This document shows positions 13,101-26,578 of a stretch of 64,000 nucleotides of DNA, in pieces (the stretch's first letter is position 1; every line of letters begins with the position of its first letter). This DNA is from Ascidiella aspersa. Taxonomy: Eukaryota. Under the pieces are notes generated by a model. That model did not search any database. It was not told the origin of the DNA and saw nothing but the letters and a program-made list of their open reading frames with translations. The stretch lies in NCBI GenBank assembly GCA_963924565.1, contig OZ004610.1, forward strand, positions 14,446,001 through 14,510,000, written 5' to 3'. A program made the position numbers and the translations under genes.

Positions 13101-16100
13101 AATAAAAGCCAAGTGAATTTTGTTAAGTTTACCTTATTTCGAACCCTGAGTGGTTTACATTCCGGAATGTAGGTTGACATGTAGCAGACTAAAAGCTGTG
13201 ATGGTATGCCATTCTTTACTGCTGTATAACAGGCTACGTCATGCCGGCCTACTTCCCTTGAACAATGTTTTGTGAACCCCGGGGGAATTGTTAAATGGCG
13301 TTACGACCTTGCTCGAAGGAAAGCAGTAAAACCAATGATCGACCGTAATCGGCTTAACGGTTGTAACTCGCTTGTTTTGACCTGTTTACTCCGACAATGC
13401 ACATTACGCGATCCGATTGCGGTTTAGTTACATACAAAAACTGCATGTGGTGCTCCCAACCGTTTTTGATGTTTGTAAATAGTTTTGTATTTAGTACAAC
13501 TACCATCGGCTCAAATAAGGCTCCAAAGCGGATATTTTAACATTTGTCTGAATATTTTTTATTTACATATATTTCCATGCTTTATTAAGGAAAAATAAGA
13601 AACTGACTATGAATCATTATAATATAAATGCCTTCAACATCCGATTGGTATATTCCTATGGCACTTTATGCCTTGAGGAAATCGTTGGGCCTAATCAATT
13701 CTCAGCGAATTGATCCGTTTGCACTTAGCGCTGGGCAGTAATACAGGTCTCGAGCTTTCGATGTAAGAATAGGCAGCTTGGGTAATTATAGCTTAAGAAG
13801 TTTACTACTCTGTGCCTCTTTGGCGTCATATGTTTTAGGTAACCCTACACTTTTTCCACTATCTAGGACCTGCCAATTCTATGTACAAACTAACAAAAAA
13901 ATAAGTTTTTAGACTTTCGTAGCGTACTAAACCGGATGTGTGTTTCATTTGTGCCTTTCATTCACAGCCTACACACTTGAGGGGCGGCCTCAGCGAAGAA
14001 GAGGCCTTTCTACAGGCGATATCAAAGCCAGCGGTCGCCAACGGGCTGCCGCCTGCCACCGCTAGCGACAAACATCAGATAACGGCAAGCGAAGCGGAAG
14101 TTTTCGAGGTAAATTGACTTCGCCTATTGCTCGCCTCCAGTGCGCCTTATCCCATGGGAGATCGTTGTTGTGTGAGAATGCGCCGTTTTGACAAAGCATT
14201 TACAAGGGAAAGTGCGGTCTGGCATGCACCCTTGTCATTCTGCCTTCAATTTTTTTCGATGCCTGTCAGTCCTTGCTCGTATTTACTCTTTGTCCACCTG
14301 TTTTTTCTCACGTTTGGATTCGACCATTTATAGCAGTTGCTCAGGTCGCATCTTTCACATCGAGTAAATCTGTAACACTTTTGAAGTTCTTTATATTGTT
14401 TTGTACATTTTTTAGCAAATTCATTTTTCTCATTGGTGTTTTAATCTAATAATGCCAAATCTAATTTTAAAGTTTATCCTGTTTTATAATTTCGCTTTTT
14501 CAATACAAAATCTTAAAATGTTGCAGTATTTTATTCTTGATACTTTTTATTGGTATAATCTACGGGATGCTCGTTTAGGCCGAGCAGTTTTTTAATGCCT
14601 CTAACAGACCTGGCCGTAGTATGGTAGGTTTAGCTTGTTTGGATAGTATTATTTTTTTGACAAAAAGTTGACAAAACGTACTATTTATATCTTTTTTCTC
14701 AAGATTGTTACGAGCAGCATCAACACCACGTGTATTATGCTGTACACAAAAAGTGCTGCAAAATAACCGTAATCGTGCAAGCGACAAGCAAACGAGCAGT
14801 ATTTATATAATTGTCAGGAGCCCTCAGAGTCACAAACCGCGCCAGCCAGACCAAGCAAGCCGCTGAGTGCACGCGAAAGGCAAGCTCGTCGTCGTCTTGC
14901 CGCCAAAGCCACGCAACTCAATCTCGCCATGGACGACTACAGGGGGAGATACCCCGACCTGCGAGAGCTCGAAGACGATCTCGACGCGTTGATGAGTCAG
15001 CTCAAGGTACCTTGCCGCCGTTTTGTGATAAAGCTGTGTCATGGCAGAATCGGATGGCGATTCAAAGTTTTCGCGGCGTGTTTACTCTTCAAGTGTTCAT
15101 AGACAACAGAAAAAAAAATAGATTCTGTTGTTGTGGTTCAGTGGTCCTGCTGCGGCACACTGGGGTGCTATGTCTAATACTCAAGGGTGCATTTTTTTAA
15201 TTCCAGGAATTATATTTTTGCTAATATTGAGGAGCCATTCATTCTTTGTGTATGATTAGAGTACAATAAATAAAAACATAATTCCTACATTGCTTAGAGT
15301 TTATTTGTATTGTTCCAGTTTCGTTTATTTATAGTGAACTACTTGACGTTATAGTATAGTAATTTACTCAACGAAAATTCTAGCAGGGATGCCGCAATCT
15401 ACTTGTTTTTTCTGTGGGGTGTCACAAGCCATAAAATGTTGCGAACGACTGTTGCGTTAGGTTTCTTGGTCATAGTTGAAAGTGGGCCGTCGGGTTGTTT
15501 CGATTATAGTTAAGAGTTAATTTGTGCCGCGAAATCAATGCGGAATGTAGGCTGGATGCGTAATTGGGAAATCGACTTGGTAGAAAAAGAAATATGTGTC
15601 AACTGGGATACTGACGTCAACATGTTGTCAAGAATTTCCAAAGTTGTAGTTTTATGGCATTACTTTTGGTCTGAATTGCGAATTCACAAAAGTTTGTGAA
15701 ACAATTTTACATTCTGCAAAATGCGCTCGGGGTATCCTGCTACCTTTGAAATGATCCACTGCAAGTTTTTCAATACACACTGTTAAATTTATTTATGTTA
15801 ACTTGACACTTCTTGTATTGCTTTACAGCTACCAAAGCATAACATTATGACGTCCGATGGCTTTACCGTATCCGATGACGTATTTACTGCTAGCGACGAG
15901 GATGATGAAATCCCAGTTTTTGTAACAAGGTGGGTGGCGAAAGGATCTTTGTATTACATTTTCTAACTAAGTTTTAGCGTGATTGGGATCATGTCTTTAA
16001 TCTTTTTTTCTTCTGCGAAACCAACCATTATTATTCAAATTTAATTTATGGTATCAGTTCTGTACAGGATTTCTTATCACTTTTTATTTATTTGCTCAAC

Positions 16101-19100
16101 TTTCAGTAATTTGACCTAACTTGAATTGATTTAAAAAAAAGCCACTATGCCGACATATGTCCAAGTTTTAACGAGTTCCCAATTTAACCTTGACATTGAC
16201 ATTGACGCAGCGACAGCAACGCCACGAGTCACGCAGAGTTCACCTCGACCTCGGGAAAATTGATATGCGACGAGGCCCTGGTGCCGCATTTATCGCTGGT
16301 ACAAATGCTACTCAAGGTAAGTGCCTAAGCGAAGTATCTTGGAAAAATATTGGAATATTGTTACTTTTACTGAATTTAATGTAAGATTGTTTCTCAACGA
16401 TAGATGAACATCGCATAAGTGTAGGTTGGTCAAATTTAGATCACAATATTTTTTTATAAAGGTATCATAGAAATGTATTAATAGGTTAAACAAATAAACA
16501 ACAATTGATACTGCCTAGCCAAAAAATGAACATTTTGATTTTTTATCTTGCGCCATTTGGCAAAGTAATTTTATACCAAGGTTTCCCAGAACTTTCAATC
16601 TTCCTAGTCATGATTCTGTCAGCATTGCCAAAAAAATGTTTTACATGTTTTCAAATTTCGTGCGGTACGCCCAGCCAGGCCCTATTCACCCTACACATGA
16701 TTGCGTTAACTGCTGCTATAGCTATAGTTGCATAGAATAAAACTGTCGCATGCAAGGGACTATCTTTAATTACATTTTTTAATAAATGGGACGAAAAAAT
16801 TACAGTCCTTATTTAACTTGTTGCAAATGTTTTTCAACAACACTGTAACAACTTAACATGTCAAAATATGCGATAATGTTATAGTCGCGAATAAAATCGA
16901 TCTCTTAGGTACAAGAAAATGAATAGTATTCAGTACACCTATAACGTTTAATAAATATTCAGTACACCTATAACGTTTAATAAATATTCAGTACACCTAT
17001 AACGTTTCACGCATGTACACAAATTTAGCCGGTCACCAAGTATGTTTTGCGCTTAAAGTTTTTTGGTTGCTCGTGTTTGTGTGCGCCCTGTGTACGTCGT
17101 TATTGTACCCCGCAGTCGCATAAGTGTTGCACTGGCTTGACCCGTATTGTCCCATTCACAGGACGTGGGAGTGTTCGGCCCGCTAAGAGTGTGCGAGCTG
17201 CTGGCGCTCGACAAACTCAAGAAGCAGGGCAAGATTTTACGGAGGATTCTGGAAATATCGAAACAACCACAGAACCCGGCCTTGGAGGGTCGGTTAATCT
17301 GATTTAGAAAATCTTACACTGCTGTTTCTTGAAGGGGTTAAAAAGACTCCATGAAAGATTTTTTCTTATTTTTTTGCTATTAAAACACTGCCGCCATTAT
17401 GATTGTCCCATGTGTTATTATTGTCCTTAGTATCGCTATTTGATTTTTTACATTCGAAACTATTATAGTATGACCCCAAATGACTTTTGCTCATGCACAA
17501 TGCTCATCGTTTTTAACACCCTCACAAGCTGTAATTTGGCGCTAGGACAAAGTTTCTATTGAAAAGATGCATCTGTAGTGTTAAAAATGCAGCGTTGTGT
17601 TTATTGGTCAGCCGCTTTTTATGCGTAGACTAGTTTTTTTTTGCAATCGCTAAAACTATAAAAGATATGTTGTTGATTTTTAACGGTTACTGTTGCATTT
17701 GCCTCGCTCAGACTTGAAAGAGTTCTCGGGCCGTCGTGGTTTCCTGGAGATGTGGCGATCGTGTGTCGACGGGGGCGTATCATTCTGCGTCACAGGTCGC
17801 ACGCTAAGACTCGAACTCTGCTCCGAGTATTCGCGTCAGGTGCGGGACAAGCACCCGGACGTCGTCGACAAAGGTATACTGACCCGCAACGTTTTGTAAA
17901 TTAAATCCTACTGCGATTCGGGCTACACACAGTGTTTGTAATTGGAGCACGTTTCCCTCGCTTCCTTTTTTGTGTTGTCGTTGTTGTGAATTTACAACTG
18001 CCATAAATTGTAATTTGGTGCTTACAACTGCCTTTAATTTGAATCCCAACGAGAAAAAAGTTTACCACGAAAAAGCAAAAAAAAAATCTAGAATTTAGAC
18101 ATTATATTTTTAATAATTCGTAGGTTATATTTTGTATATTTATGTAGCAGGTCTTAATATACGAAAAAACTCTTATTTTTTTATATATCTAAATTTTTTG
18201 CACTAAAGTTTTCCTAAATGCTATTTTTTTTTGCCACTTTAGTTTTCCCCGAACTTATCCGCCGAATTATGTGGTCACCCGCTTCTGGCGATGTCGAAAA
18301 AGATGATGTCACCCTGTTCCAGATGGGTGCCTTCGTGTCGGATTCGTTGGAAAGCGAACGTGGCTACGACTTCGGAAAGATTGTCGACAAAATCGCCCAC
18401 GAGTGTGAGTGGACTTCGATATTTTATCTTTACAAGTTATGGTCGATTTTCGCCTTTGTGAAAGAAAAGTACATCTTTATTTCAAACTTGTTCTTAATCT
18501 TTTTCACTCCGATTGCCATTTAAAACAAGGCCCATTTGGTACGCTTTAAAACCATTGTTCATGTTGTGTATGTTTTGAATTATATGTAAACTAGGCGAAT
18601 ATTTGTTCCAAGCAACGAAACTTACAGTTTATATCGGCCTAACGGGGAAGTTAGACACTGTGGAAATACACAAACTACGCAATTTGATTCTTTGTGCATT
18701 ACATGTTTTTTATTGGCTTTCATTAGTTTGTCGTAGTTAAGGAGAGAAACAGAACTACTTTTTGTAAGTTAAAAATAGGGTAAAAACCAACGCATATGCG
18801 CCAGTGTCCGTCGAGAAATTGTGATCTTCGAAAACAAACCGCAACATCTTGTGAGAGTAGACCGAGTGACGTTTCACATTATCCCAACCCCGGCAGCCAG
18901 TCTCAGTACCTCCCGAATAACCTCGATTAACCCCGAGCGGTTGTTTAATGGCCGCCTTGGTGTGCGTGACGTCATGGCGAATTGGGTCGCACGTCGTTGT
19001 GCTGTGTAGTTGTTCTATTATGCACCATGGAGGAGGTTAACGGTCCGGTTGGACAAAGCCAGATGAGTTGCGTGACGTTTCTGTGTAGTAATGTTTAAAA

Positions 19101-22100
19101 CAAACGTTTTCTTTTAAGAACGACCTGCTTAAAATGGTTAGCATATTTTAAACAAATTACATTAATAGTGGTTCATATGCCAATGGTTCCCAACCGGGGT
19201 GTCATCGTTTTTTTGCTCTAAAACTTGCCGGCAAACATTTTGCATTCTTTGGGGTTTAAAGTTTTACTCAACCAGAATTCTACATAATGCAATTATTTTT
19301 TTATGAGTGGATGCAATAAATTGAGAACTATTTTTCAACACTGGGCACAATTAACGTGTGCTGTCATTATGCATTCATGTTCTTTTCAAATAAATGTTAT
19401 TTAAGTTTAATATTAGCTGCGTTATGTTAGTTGCTTCTACTACTTCCAGCACGCGAACGAAACTAATGATAAATAAATGTATGATATTTGCCTGTAGTGT
19501 ACAGTCGTTTCGATAAATAAGTTGTTTCAAATTGACAAAGAAGAGTTTAAGGTCTTTCGTAAAATAATGTGCCACACATCGGACGACCAATCAATTCATG
19601 CAAATACTATATTCGAATGATTTCCTAAAAAACTTCCCCTTCCATTTGTTGAATAGAAAGCGGAAAAGCCATCTGCCAAATAACCCGAGGCGCGTTGTTA
19701 ACACTTTAATTGCCCCTATCCCGTGCGTTTCTGTCATAACGGTGTGTGCCGTGCAGCTGTATACGATAACTGTCCTGTCGTAAGACAAAACAGAGACAAT
19801 TTTTGAATTATTAAATTACAAATTACTGTTATATTATCTTTACAAAGTTTGTTCAATGGCTACCTGGTTGTTAAGGTCCTGTGGAATTTATTAAACACCC
19901 ATCTATATAATTAGCGAAATTTGTAAACCATTATATATATATATTTAACCGACATTTATTTAGCAAACCGTATTAATTTTATTTTAAATATCAACTAACT
20001 CAAAACAACGGACACCTAACTTTATTTCGTGAATACAAATGATAAATTGGCCTGCAAAGGCCTTTTTTTCGTCTCTCTTCCAAAAGACTTGTGGTGTTAG
20101 ATTTAGAAAATCGCGAAGATTGAATAACGCACTTTTTTCATTTTTTATAGATTTAACCAAGAAACAGCAAAAAAACTTCATCATTCAACTTAAAATCGCA
20201 TCGCGTTCAACGCACGTCCATAACAGTTCTAATCATTATCGCTTTTTCCAATGTCCAGTGTTTATCACATCAACGCTGAGCTGCGGCGTGCGCGAGCTGA
20301 TCTTGGTCGCCATCCAGCGGATGAGCTCGCTGCTCGCTCTTCGCCTCAGCAACCTGCGCGCTCTCTCGCTCCTCCTGCTGGACGCCGATGCCGGGATTCG
20401 AACCGCTGCCGCCGCGCACATCAGGCACATCGCCACCGATAAGGCGCTACGCGAAAAGGTGAGCGAATGGGTTGAATGCAATCGGGCACAGGTCTGTTGG
20501 TTTAGCCATTCCAAGCTCGACTTAAGTCGGGGGGTTCAATCTTGTGAATTCACAACATTGTTTTTATCAACATATGCGTATTGTCAGGTACGATTCGCTA
20601 TACCTTGAATACCACAAAAAAAGTACAATAAATCCGAATAAAACTTATATGTTGTGTCACAATTAAGTAATAGCGCATGTCCCAAGCAAGTCGTGTCCAT
20701 AAATCTTTTGAAATAACAGGTATATAAGGTACATAAGTTGAATTTTACAGTTTCGCTGCACACCAACTATTTTTAGAAAACACAGTTTGCCTCAAATTAA
20801 CATGCAGGGTTGGCCTTGAATTAAAATTTGTCTACCAATCAGCACTCGCCCGAAACGAAGTACACTCGCATTGTCGAGAAAGCGGGCAAATGCCCAACCC
20901 TGCATATTATGTTTATTAAACCTATAAAATGAATCGATTTGGGATGTAAGCGACTATAACTTACGTAGCTACAATATTATTACACACCATTATCTACTAC
21001 TACGCGTAAGGCATGGAAGCTAAAGTTTACCATGTTAGTTTCTCGTTGTGTCAAGTCCAATCTGATGATATGCAAAAGCACTACTCAACAATGAGCTTAC
21101 GTTTATTAAATACTTTTTAAATAATCATTTTTGCAACGCAATAAAACACTAGGCCCCGATAAACAAAATGATTACTGATTATACTTGGCCTTAACCATAG
21201 ACTAGTAGCATCCGAATTTTTTTGTTTCATAATTAAAGAATACCAACCGTGGTATGTATGTAAAACTGGCCGATTGTGTATCGTTAAATGCTAACAAATT
21301 GTTTTATCGATTTTCCATCGACCAATTAGTTATGCACAATGCGGTCGATCACTATATTGTAATTGGATTGTAACATAATTTATTGCAAAGCAACCCTAGC
21401 TAATCGCATCTGATTAAATTGACGATACATTCAATTTTTATTAAATAATGCAAAATAATATTACGGAATAAATCATTTCCGTAAGGGTCGACATATAGCC
21501 GTCATAAGCTCTTAATTTTTTTATAAAACGTTTAAATAGTGGGTTAAGCCGTTTCAAGTTACCAGTTTTTTTTCGAAAAATAAAGGAAAGGACTAAAGCA
21601 GATTCCAAAAATCCTGTAGTACGTAGCCCACTTGGCCATTTGATTCTTTTTACTCTCACAATTAAATTTAACATTATTTATCTCTGCAAATTTTAATTTA
21701 AACTCTAATCAGGCCTTTGAATTCACGTTACATGAGTGGTGCCCCGCCTCAAACCTGCCACAATTTGTGGCCCCATTGCTGAAGTTTTGAACAAATGCGT
21801 CAGGGAACGACACAACCGTCTCTAAACACCTGATGAAAAACAAAGCTAATTAGATAACAATTAAAATATATATAACTGTGGTGGCACAAACTATATAGCT
21901 GACTGAGAGGCAGTTTCGATGTCAATGTGCTGCAGCTACCTTTGATACATTGTTTAATTTTTTTACGTTGCACACATTGAGTCTAATCTGAATCGCACAA
22001 TCGCAGGCGGTCGTGTCGTACGCCGAACTGCTGGAGAGCGGCTTGAAGCGGGACCGGCAGTGCGCGTGCATCGCAGTCGGCTTCTTGACGGCACTGGAGT

Positions 22101-25100
22101 GCGTACCACAGCTCGCCTATCTCTTCCACAGTGACCCTGAAGCTGAGGTGCGGGAGGCCGCCTCCAACGTACTGCTGTCGCTCGGTAGGTGGCGGTATTT
22201 TTCTGTTTTTGCGCACCGGTGGCGCTGCGGTGCGTGTTTGCAGGAAGGTCAGCTTAATCAGGTAGCACTATACTTACCTCAAGGGGGTCTTTAACCGTGA
22301 TCACGTAGGCGGTTGGCCCACACTTTGGCTTGGCTGACCCTTGCGATTACCCCAAATGCGGGTAACTCGGCCGTATAATGTCTGTTAGCGGGTTGTGCGT
22401 TCGCGCAAAACCCCATACATTTTTATTTTTTTTTAATTAGGTAGCACTCCCCTACCTCCGTTGAATCACCGGCTACCTAAGGGTGACGGGATGTCAGGGG
22501 GGATGGACCTGGCCACTACTGACTTGTTTAAAAATCACGGCCTATTTCTTGGCCAATGGGAAGAACCCAGACATAACCATTTTTTGGTTTAATTTCGTTC
22601 CACCACTGTGGGACATTAAAAAAGCCAGGTCGGACTGTATCTCATTTATTCTTTGATGAATCCAACCAGGACCGCGGTGACGGGTTCGATTTGCTGGAAG
22701 TATATAGTTCGCTAAATAATGCAAGTTCTTTTATAAAGTAAACCATTCGTAAAACCGACTTTTAAGCATTTCTTCGGTTTTGGATAGTGCCTCATATCCC
22801 TCATGTCCTGTTTAATAAAAAATATTTCATCACTATTTTTTTATTCAAAATATCGCACTTCCGTGGGTCACATAAAATATTGAGAAGTACTTCCCTTATA
22901 CCTCTAACCAGGACTATAAACTTAAACCAACCAGAAGTGGTTTTGGATAAGCCTGTGTGAAGGAGAACGAAATAGTTTTCTATCGGTTTACCTATATTAG
23001 GAGAATATAAGCGAAAGGCCAAGACGAGGGGCGAAATATTCAGGAAAGCATACTGATTAGGGAAAATTAATTTTGGATTTAATTTATTTTGTAAAGCAAC
23101 AATATGATCCTCTGCAGTAATTAATTCTTGACCAGGCGTGTTTCATCGTTAAGTGACAATTGCTCTTCCGCGGCTATCCTTTTGTTCTTTGGATAAATAA
23201 AACACGTGACAATAGTACTGCCTAGAATAAGTAAGCTTTGAAACACCAGTACTCAAACACTGTTGTATTTAGTGAAAACTTTCCTGCCAATCACTCCAAG
23301 TAACAATGATAGCACAGACATTATCCCTGTTACCCAAGTAGTGACCAATGTTTTGTCAATGGGATACGTTAGTTAGGTTAATATCTCCATTGAGCATATT
23401 ATCAGTCCAAGTATGTTACTTGTGCTCCACAAAGACAACCCGAAACTACTTGTGATATCTGAAGGCAGGTACTCAAATTGTTTTAATTCCAAACTGTGAC
23501 TATTTCCTAAATGAAAATATTCTTCAGGAATATAACCCTAAAGCTAAGCCCGAAGACAATTATCATGGTGCTGAAAGAACAGTTCGCGAATATGGACTTT
23601 GTTTCCTTTATAAACATAGCCGTTGTCTTTACGTCTTAAATGTTGTTGGCCTTGATTTCTTGTGCTGCTGTGGGAGCAGTTGGGGGCCTGTCTGTTATAA
23701 ACATATAAAACATTAACCCCCCAACAAACAAAAGCGGCCGCAGCAGCCCCGTATATTATCTGTAAATATCGTCGTCCATTCTGCAGCGAAAGTCGCTTAA
23801 ATTAAACGTGGAAACATTTGTTGCCGTGTCTGTCATATACAACAGAGTCGGCGGCAACATAAATGAAAATATATCACCGAAACTGATGCCAATCATAATG
23901 ACAGCTATCGCTGTGCCGACTTGACATTCAGGAAACCACAAAACTGCAAATGTCGAAGGCAAACCTACTGTCACTATTTCGCCCAATCCTGACAACATTT
24001 GTCCAACAAATATCAGCGGCATCAGCGAACGTACCTTGCCGTGAAATATAAACCACGCTAGCGGAATTGTTAGTAAAACCTAGCTTACATAGCATGCGTT
24101 TGTAATCCAATCCACTACATAATAAGGGACGCTAAAGAATTGCGAGTAAAAATTGCTAATTTGCCCTGAACTTGCAAAAGACAAAACTGCGTATAACTGA
24201 TAAAATGCTAGCCCGACCAGAAACAACCATCTTCTTTTGTAAAGCTTTCTGTGTCCATGATCCATTTTTTCCAATACTCTTTTAATCCCTTTACTGTAAA
24301 AAAAGGCAGACTCGTTTTATATATGACTAACCTATTGTAAAAAGATACACGAGTTTCCAATTCCAAGGCCTGTTTTTTTCACGTAGCTTTGTCGGATATT
24401 TTTTAACTAACAACTAAACATTAAAACGTAGGCTACAGCCATTCTGCTCAACCTCTAACATACGATAGTCATGCTGCGAACTTTTCTCCCGGACGATGCT
24501 TTGTGAACTTTGCCAGTACGTGGTGTCAAATAAATACCGTTATTTTATTAACGAATTAATAATAAACAACTTGGCTATTTGCTTATTAAGAACTGAATCA
24601 TAATTATATAAAAAAAAACGTTGTTTTGTGTATTTTCGTGGTGTTTTGACATAGCGTTTAAACACATGCTTGATTTAATATGCGCTACTTCCTATACCGT
24701 ACTTTCTCCTCTGTCTTAGCTATCAGCTATCTGGAGGATTCTTTGGCAGTCTGGCCATGCTTTAAATAATGTCGTTCCCCAAAATTTGCTCAGTTTTATT
24801 GACAACAGTAAAGTAAAGTTTGGCGTTTTAATTGACTGTTGTCTATCTTCCAAAAGTTTTAAAGACAAATATTGGAATAGGTGACTTTAGCAAATTTATT
24901 ATAAAGACCAAACTGGATTGGACGTCTGGCCGGAAGAGAGGTCACCCACCGATCGATTTACAACTTATGGTCATCTAACATTTTTCCAAAACTGATTTCG
25001 TGACGTACTTTTCCGAAACACAAAAATAGAGGCTTTGATGTCTTATTATCATCATTTTGCTTTTTGCCGGAATTCGTAAATATATGCCTTGTGATGAAAA

Positions 25101-26365
25101 CGCTGATACATTTGACAGGTTCAACTTAAACATATTAATTAAAGCGTCACATATCTGAGGTAATAAAATCGATTCGAAACTGAAAACGTTTTCAAAGTAT
25201 GTGTCATTTCTTGCAACGCCCAGTGTAGACTTGTATATATGCCGAAGGTGGCACACGTAATAATCGTGAAATTGATTAAGGCTACACTTTTTTGCCACAA
25301 TGAAACATGCACACACATATGTGTGTTAACAACTATGATCTAGCCCAGTGGTTCTCAACCTTATTGTACCCGTGGCCCCTTTGTGATGCTTTCAAATGGT
25401 CGCGGACCCCTTACATTTTTCTGGTGGATTATCTGCGTTTATAGTTCTTTTTAATAATTCAGTATATCTGCCTATAGTGTACCTTATGTTGAATAAATTA
25501 ACAGACAACACCAATTTACTGTATAACACGTTTATTTTAATGTGATTTCTGCTGCTGCATCTCCAAGGCAGTCTTTAAATGCGTGGTTGTGTTTTCGATA
25601 ATGCTAGAATAGATAAACGCATGTCATCTTTTCCAAATCCAGTACATGGAAACTATAATAATCCTGCCATTTATTTAACAATCTATTTGTGTTACATTTC
25701 AATGGAAGTGTTGCGTCACACTCAATTAGATTTGTTACGTCACAATGCGATTTACAACATTTTACAGTGTGATTTTATCACTTACTAAAATTGTGATTAA
25801 GCATGTTTCCAGCGTTAATTATGTTACTCAAGGTATACTTAGAAGTTTTTGCGGACCCCTTGAAAACGTTTTGCGGACCCCCGGTTGAGAACCACTGATC
25901 TAGCCCTTCTACGGCTGCTTTTTGACCGATTACGGCTTACTTATCTGTGTGCATGTTTCGTTGAATATGATATAGTACTTTAGGCCCCCTTCAATGTGAA
26001 GTTGCGTGTACTAGCAGAATGTAGCAAGCATTGGCATAGTTGTTTCTCGACTTGTTCCTTTGTGAGCCTGTGTAGCTCAGTTGGTAGAGCGACGTTTCCA
26101 GTATGTCCGGAGGTCGTGAGTTCGAACCTCGCTGCAGGCTAGTTGTTTTTCTAGCCTGCCCTGCTTGCATCATCGATCGACAGATTCGACGAGTCTGCGA
26201 TGGCTTTCGGTGTACTTGTCTGCCACAATTAAGTTTTTTAATTGCAATCTTATAGGCGACGAAGGCAGACTCGCGCGGGAAGAAGCGTCATCTACTTGGC
26301 AAGTGCAGACTATGACGCAACAGGTGACGTCAAGAAACCGACCACGGATGGGAACCGCCTTGTAA
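4162..26365 (+). CDS. RIPOR: RIPOR/FAM65 family Rho-interacting cell polarization regulator (24 coding exons)
   Basis: Phase-consistent GT-AG exons: 4162-4402, 4854-5001, 6312-6443, 6584-6736, 6836-6911, 7070-7093, 7345-7447, 7543-7637, 8366-8429, 8844-9013, 9580-9666, 10044-10105, 12194-12382, 12925-13021, 13968-14108, 14818-15006, 15829-15929, 16211-16317, 17162-17288, 17712-17873, 18243-18404, 20259-20458, 22007-22184, 26256-26365. FAM65 motifs: QIKTLERMIKRLQYQQTQIDELHEAY, GLMGFARLRAGDHFEV..YGAQKWKLRG, DINDTGTIKLSMTVSW, DDYRGRYPDL, FGPLR, a C-terminal ARM/HEAT-like region, and the ending GDEGRLA...GTAL*. The start codon is tentative. Confidence 0.9.
5285..5556. mobile_element. hAT-type MITE
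   Basis: TIRs (A)AGTGGTTCTCAAA / TTTGAGAATCACTG; 8-bp TSD CTCTAAAT / CTTTAAAT (7/8). Confidence 0.7.
10800..11100 (+). promoter_or_regulatory. Candidate intronic promoter or enhancer (CpG-rich, CCAAT cluster)
   Basis: CCAAT/ATTGG at about 10867, 10882, 10941 and 10987, and E-box CACGTG at about 11016, in a locally CpG-dense stretch of RIPOR intron 10106-12193. Confidence 0.35.
11736..12070. mobile_element. hAT-type MITE (GTGTGCCGCG subterminal family)
   Basis: TIRs ~AATGATTCCCAAACTG / CAGTTTGGGAACCACTG; TSD CTCTAGCA / CTCTAGCT. A related copy lies at 47558-47870. Confidence 0.75.
16927..17007. repeat. 29-bp minisatellite, about 2.8 copies
   Basis: TATTCAGTACACCTATAACGTTTAATAAA repeated perfectly. 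Confidence 0.9.
23100..24274 (-). pseudogene. Intronless FLVCR/SLC49-like MFS transporter pseudogene, nested antisense in the last RIPOR intron
   Basis: Motifs KLYKRRWLFL, VVDW, FVGQMLSG, FAVLWFP..QVGTA, DRPPTAPTAAQE and LTYPID. In-frame TAG at 24080-24082, TAA at 23756, frameshifts near 23750-23700, apparent internal deletions, and no introns. Confidence 0.8.
25346..25897. mobile_element. hAT-type MITE, young copy
   Basis: Perfect 15-bp TIRs CAGTGGTTCTCAACC / GGTTGAGAACCACTG, a perfect 8-bp TSD ATCTAGCC, and GCGGACCCC subterminal repeats. Confidence 0.9.
26066..26140 (+). tRNA. Atypical tRNA-like element (CCA/Trp-like loop): tRNA pseudogene or tRNA-derived SINE head
   Basis: Acceptor GCCTGTG/TGCAGGC; D arm GCTC-AGTTGGTA-GAGC (A box); stem GACGT/ATGTC around loop TTCCAGT; T arm GTGAG-TTCGAAC-CTCGC (B box); T5 run at 26146-26150. 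It lacks nucleotide 26 and has an 8-nt variable region. Confidence 0.55.
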
Positions 26366-26572
26366 ACCACAGACCGACTTGTCCGTCCTCTCTCTGCCAA
26401 TCATGCAAACCAGTTTATTTTTCCGAATTGTGTTTTTTATTGATTTACATATATTTTCTTGTCCGCAGTCGCTCTTCTACTTATGCTTGGAGGTTCTTGC
26501 CCTTTGTTGTTTTGTGATTCGTTAGTTTTCTGTGGACGCCTGAGCGTTCCGCCTTTGCAAGTTGTTTGTATC

Positions 26573-26578
26573 AATAAA
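26573..26578 (+). terminator. Probable RIPOR polyadenylation signal
   Basis: AATAAA about 210 nt after the stop codon. Confidence 0.45.

Noticed and set aside
20039-20608. 189-aa ORF as a standalone gene
   Set aside because: Only 20259-20458 is coding (a RIPOR exon); the rest is intron read-through. The same applies to most short ORF-track entries, many of which are antisense shadows of GC-rich exons.
24080-24082. In-frame TAG in the MFS gene as programmed read-through
   Set aside because: Additional stops, frameshifts and deletions downstream indicate ordinary pseudogenisation.
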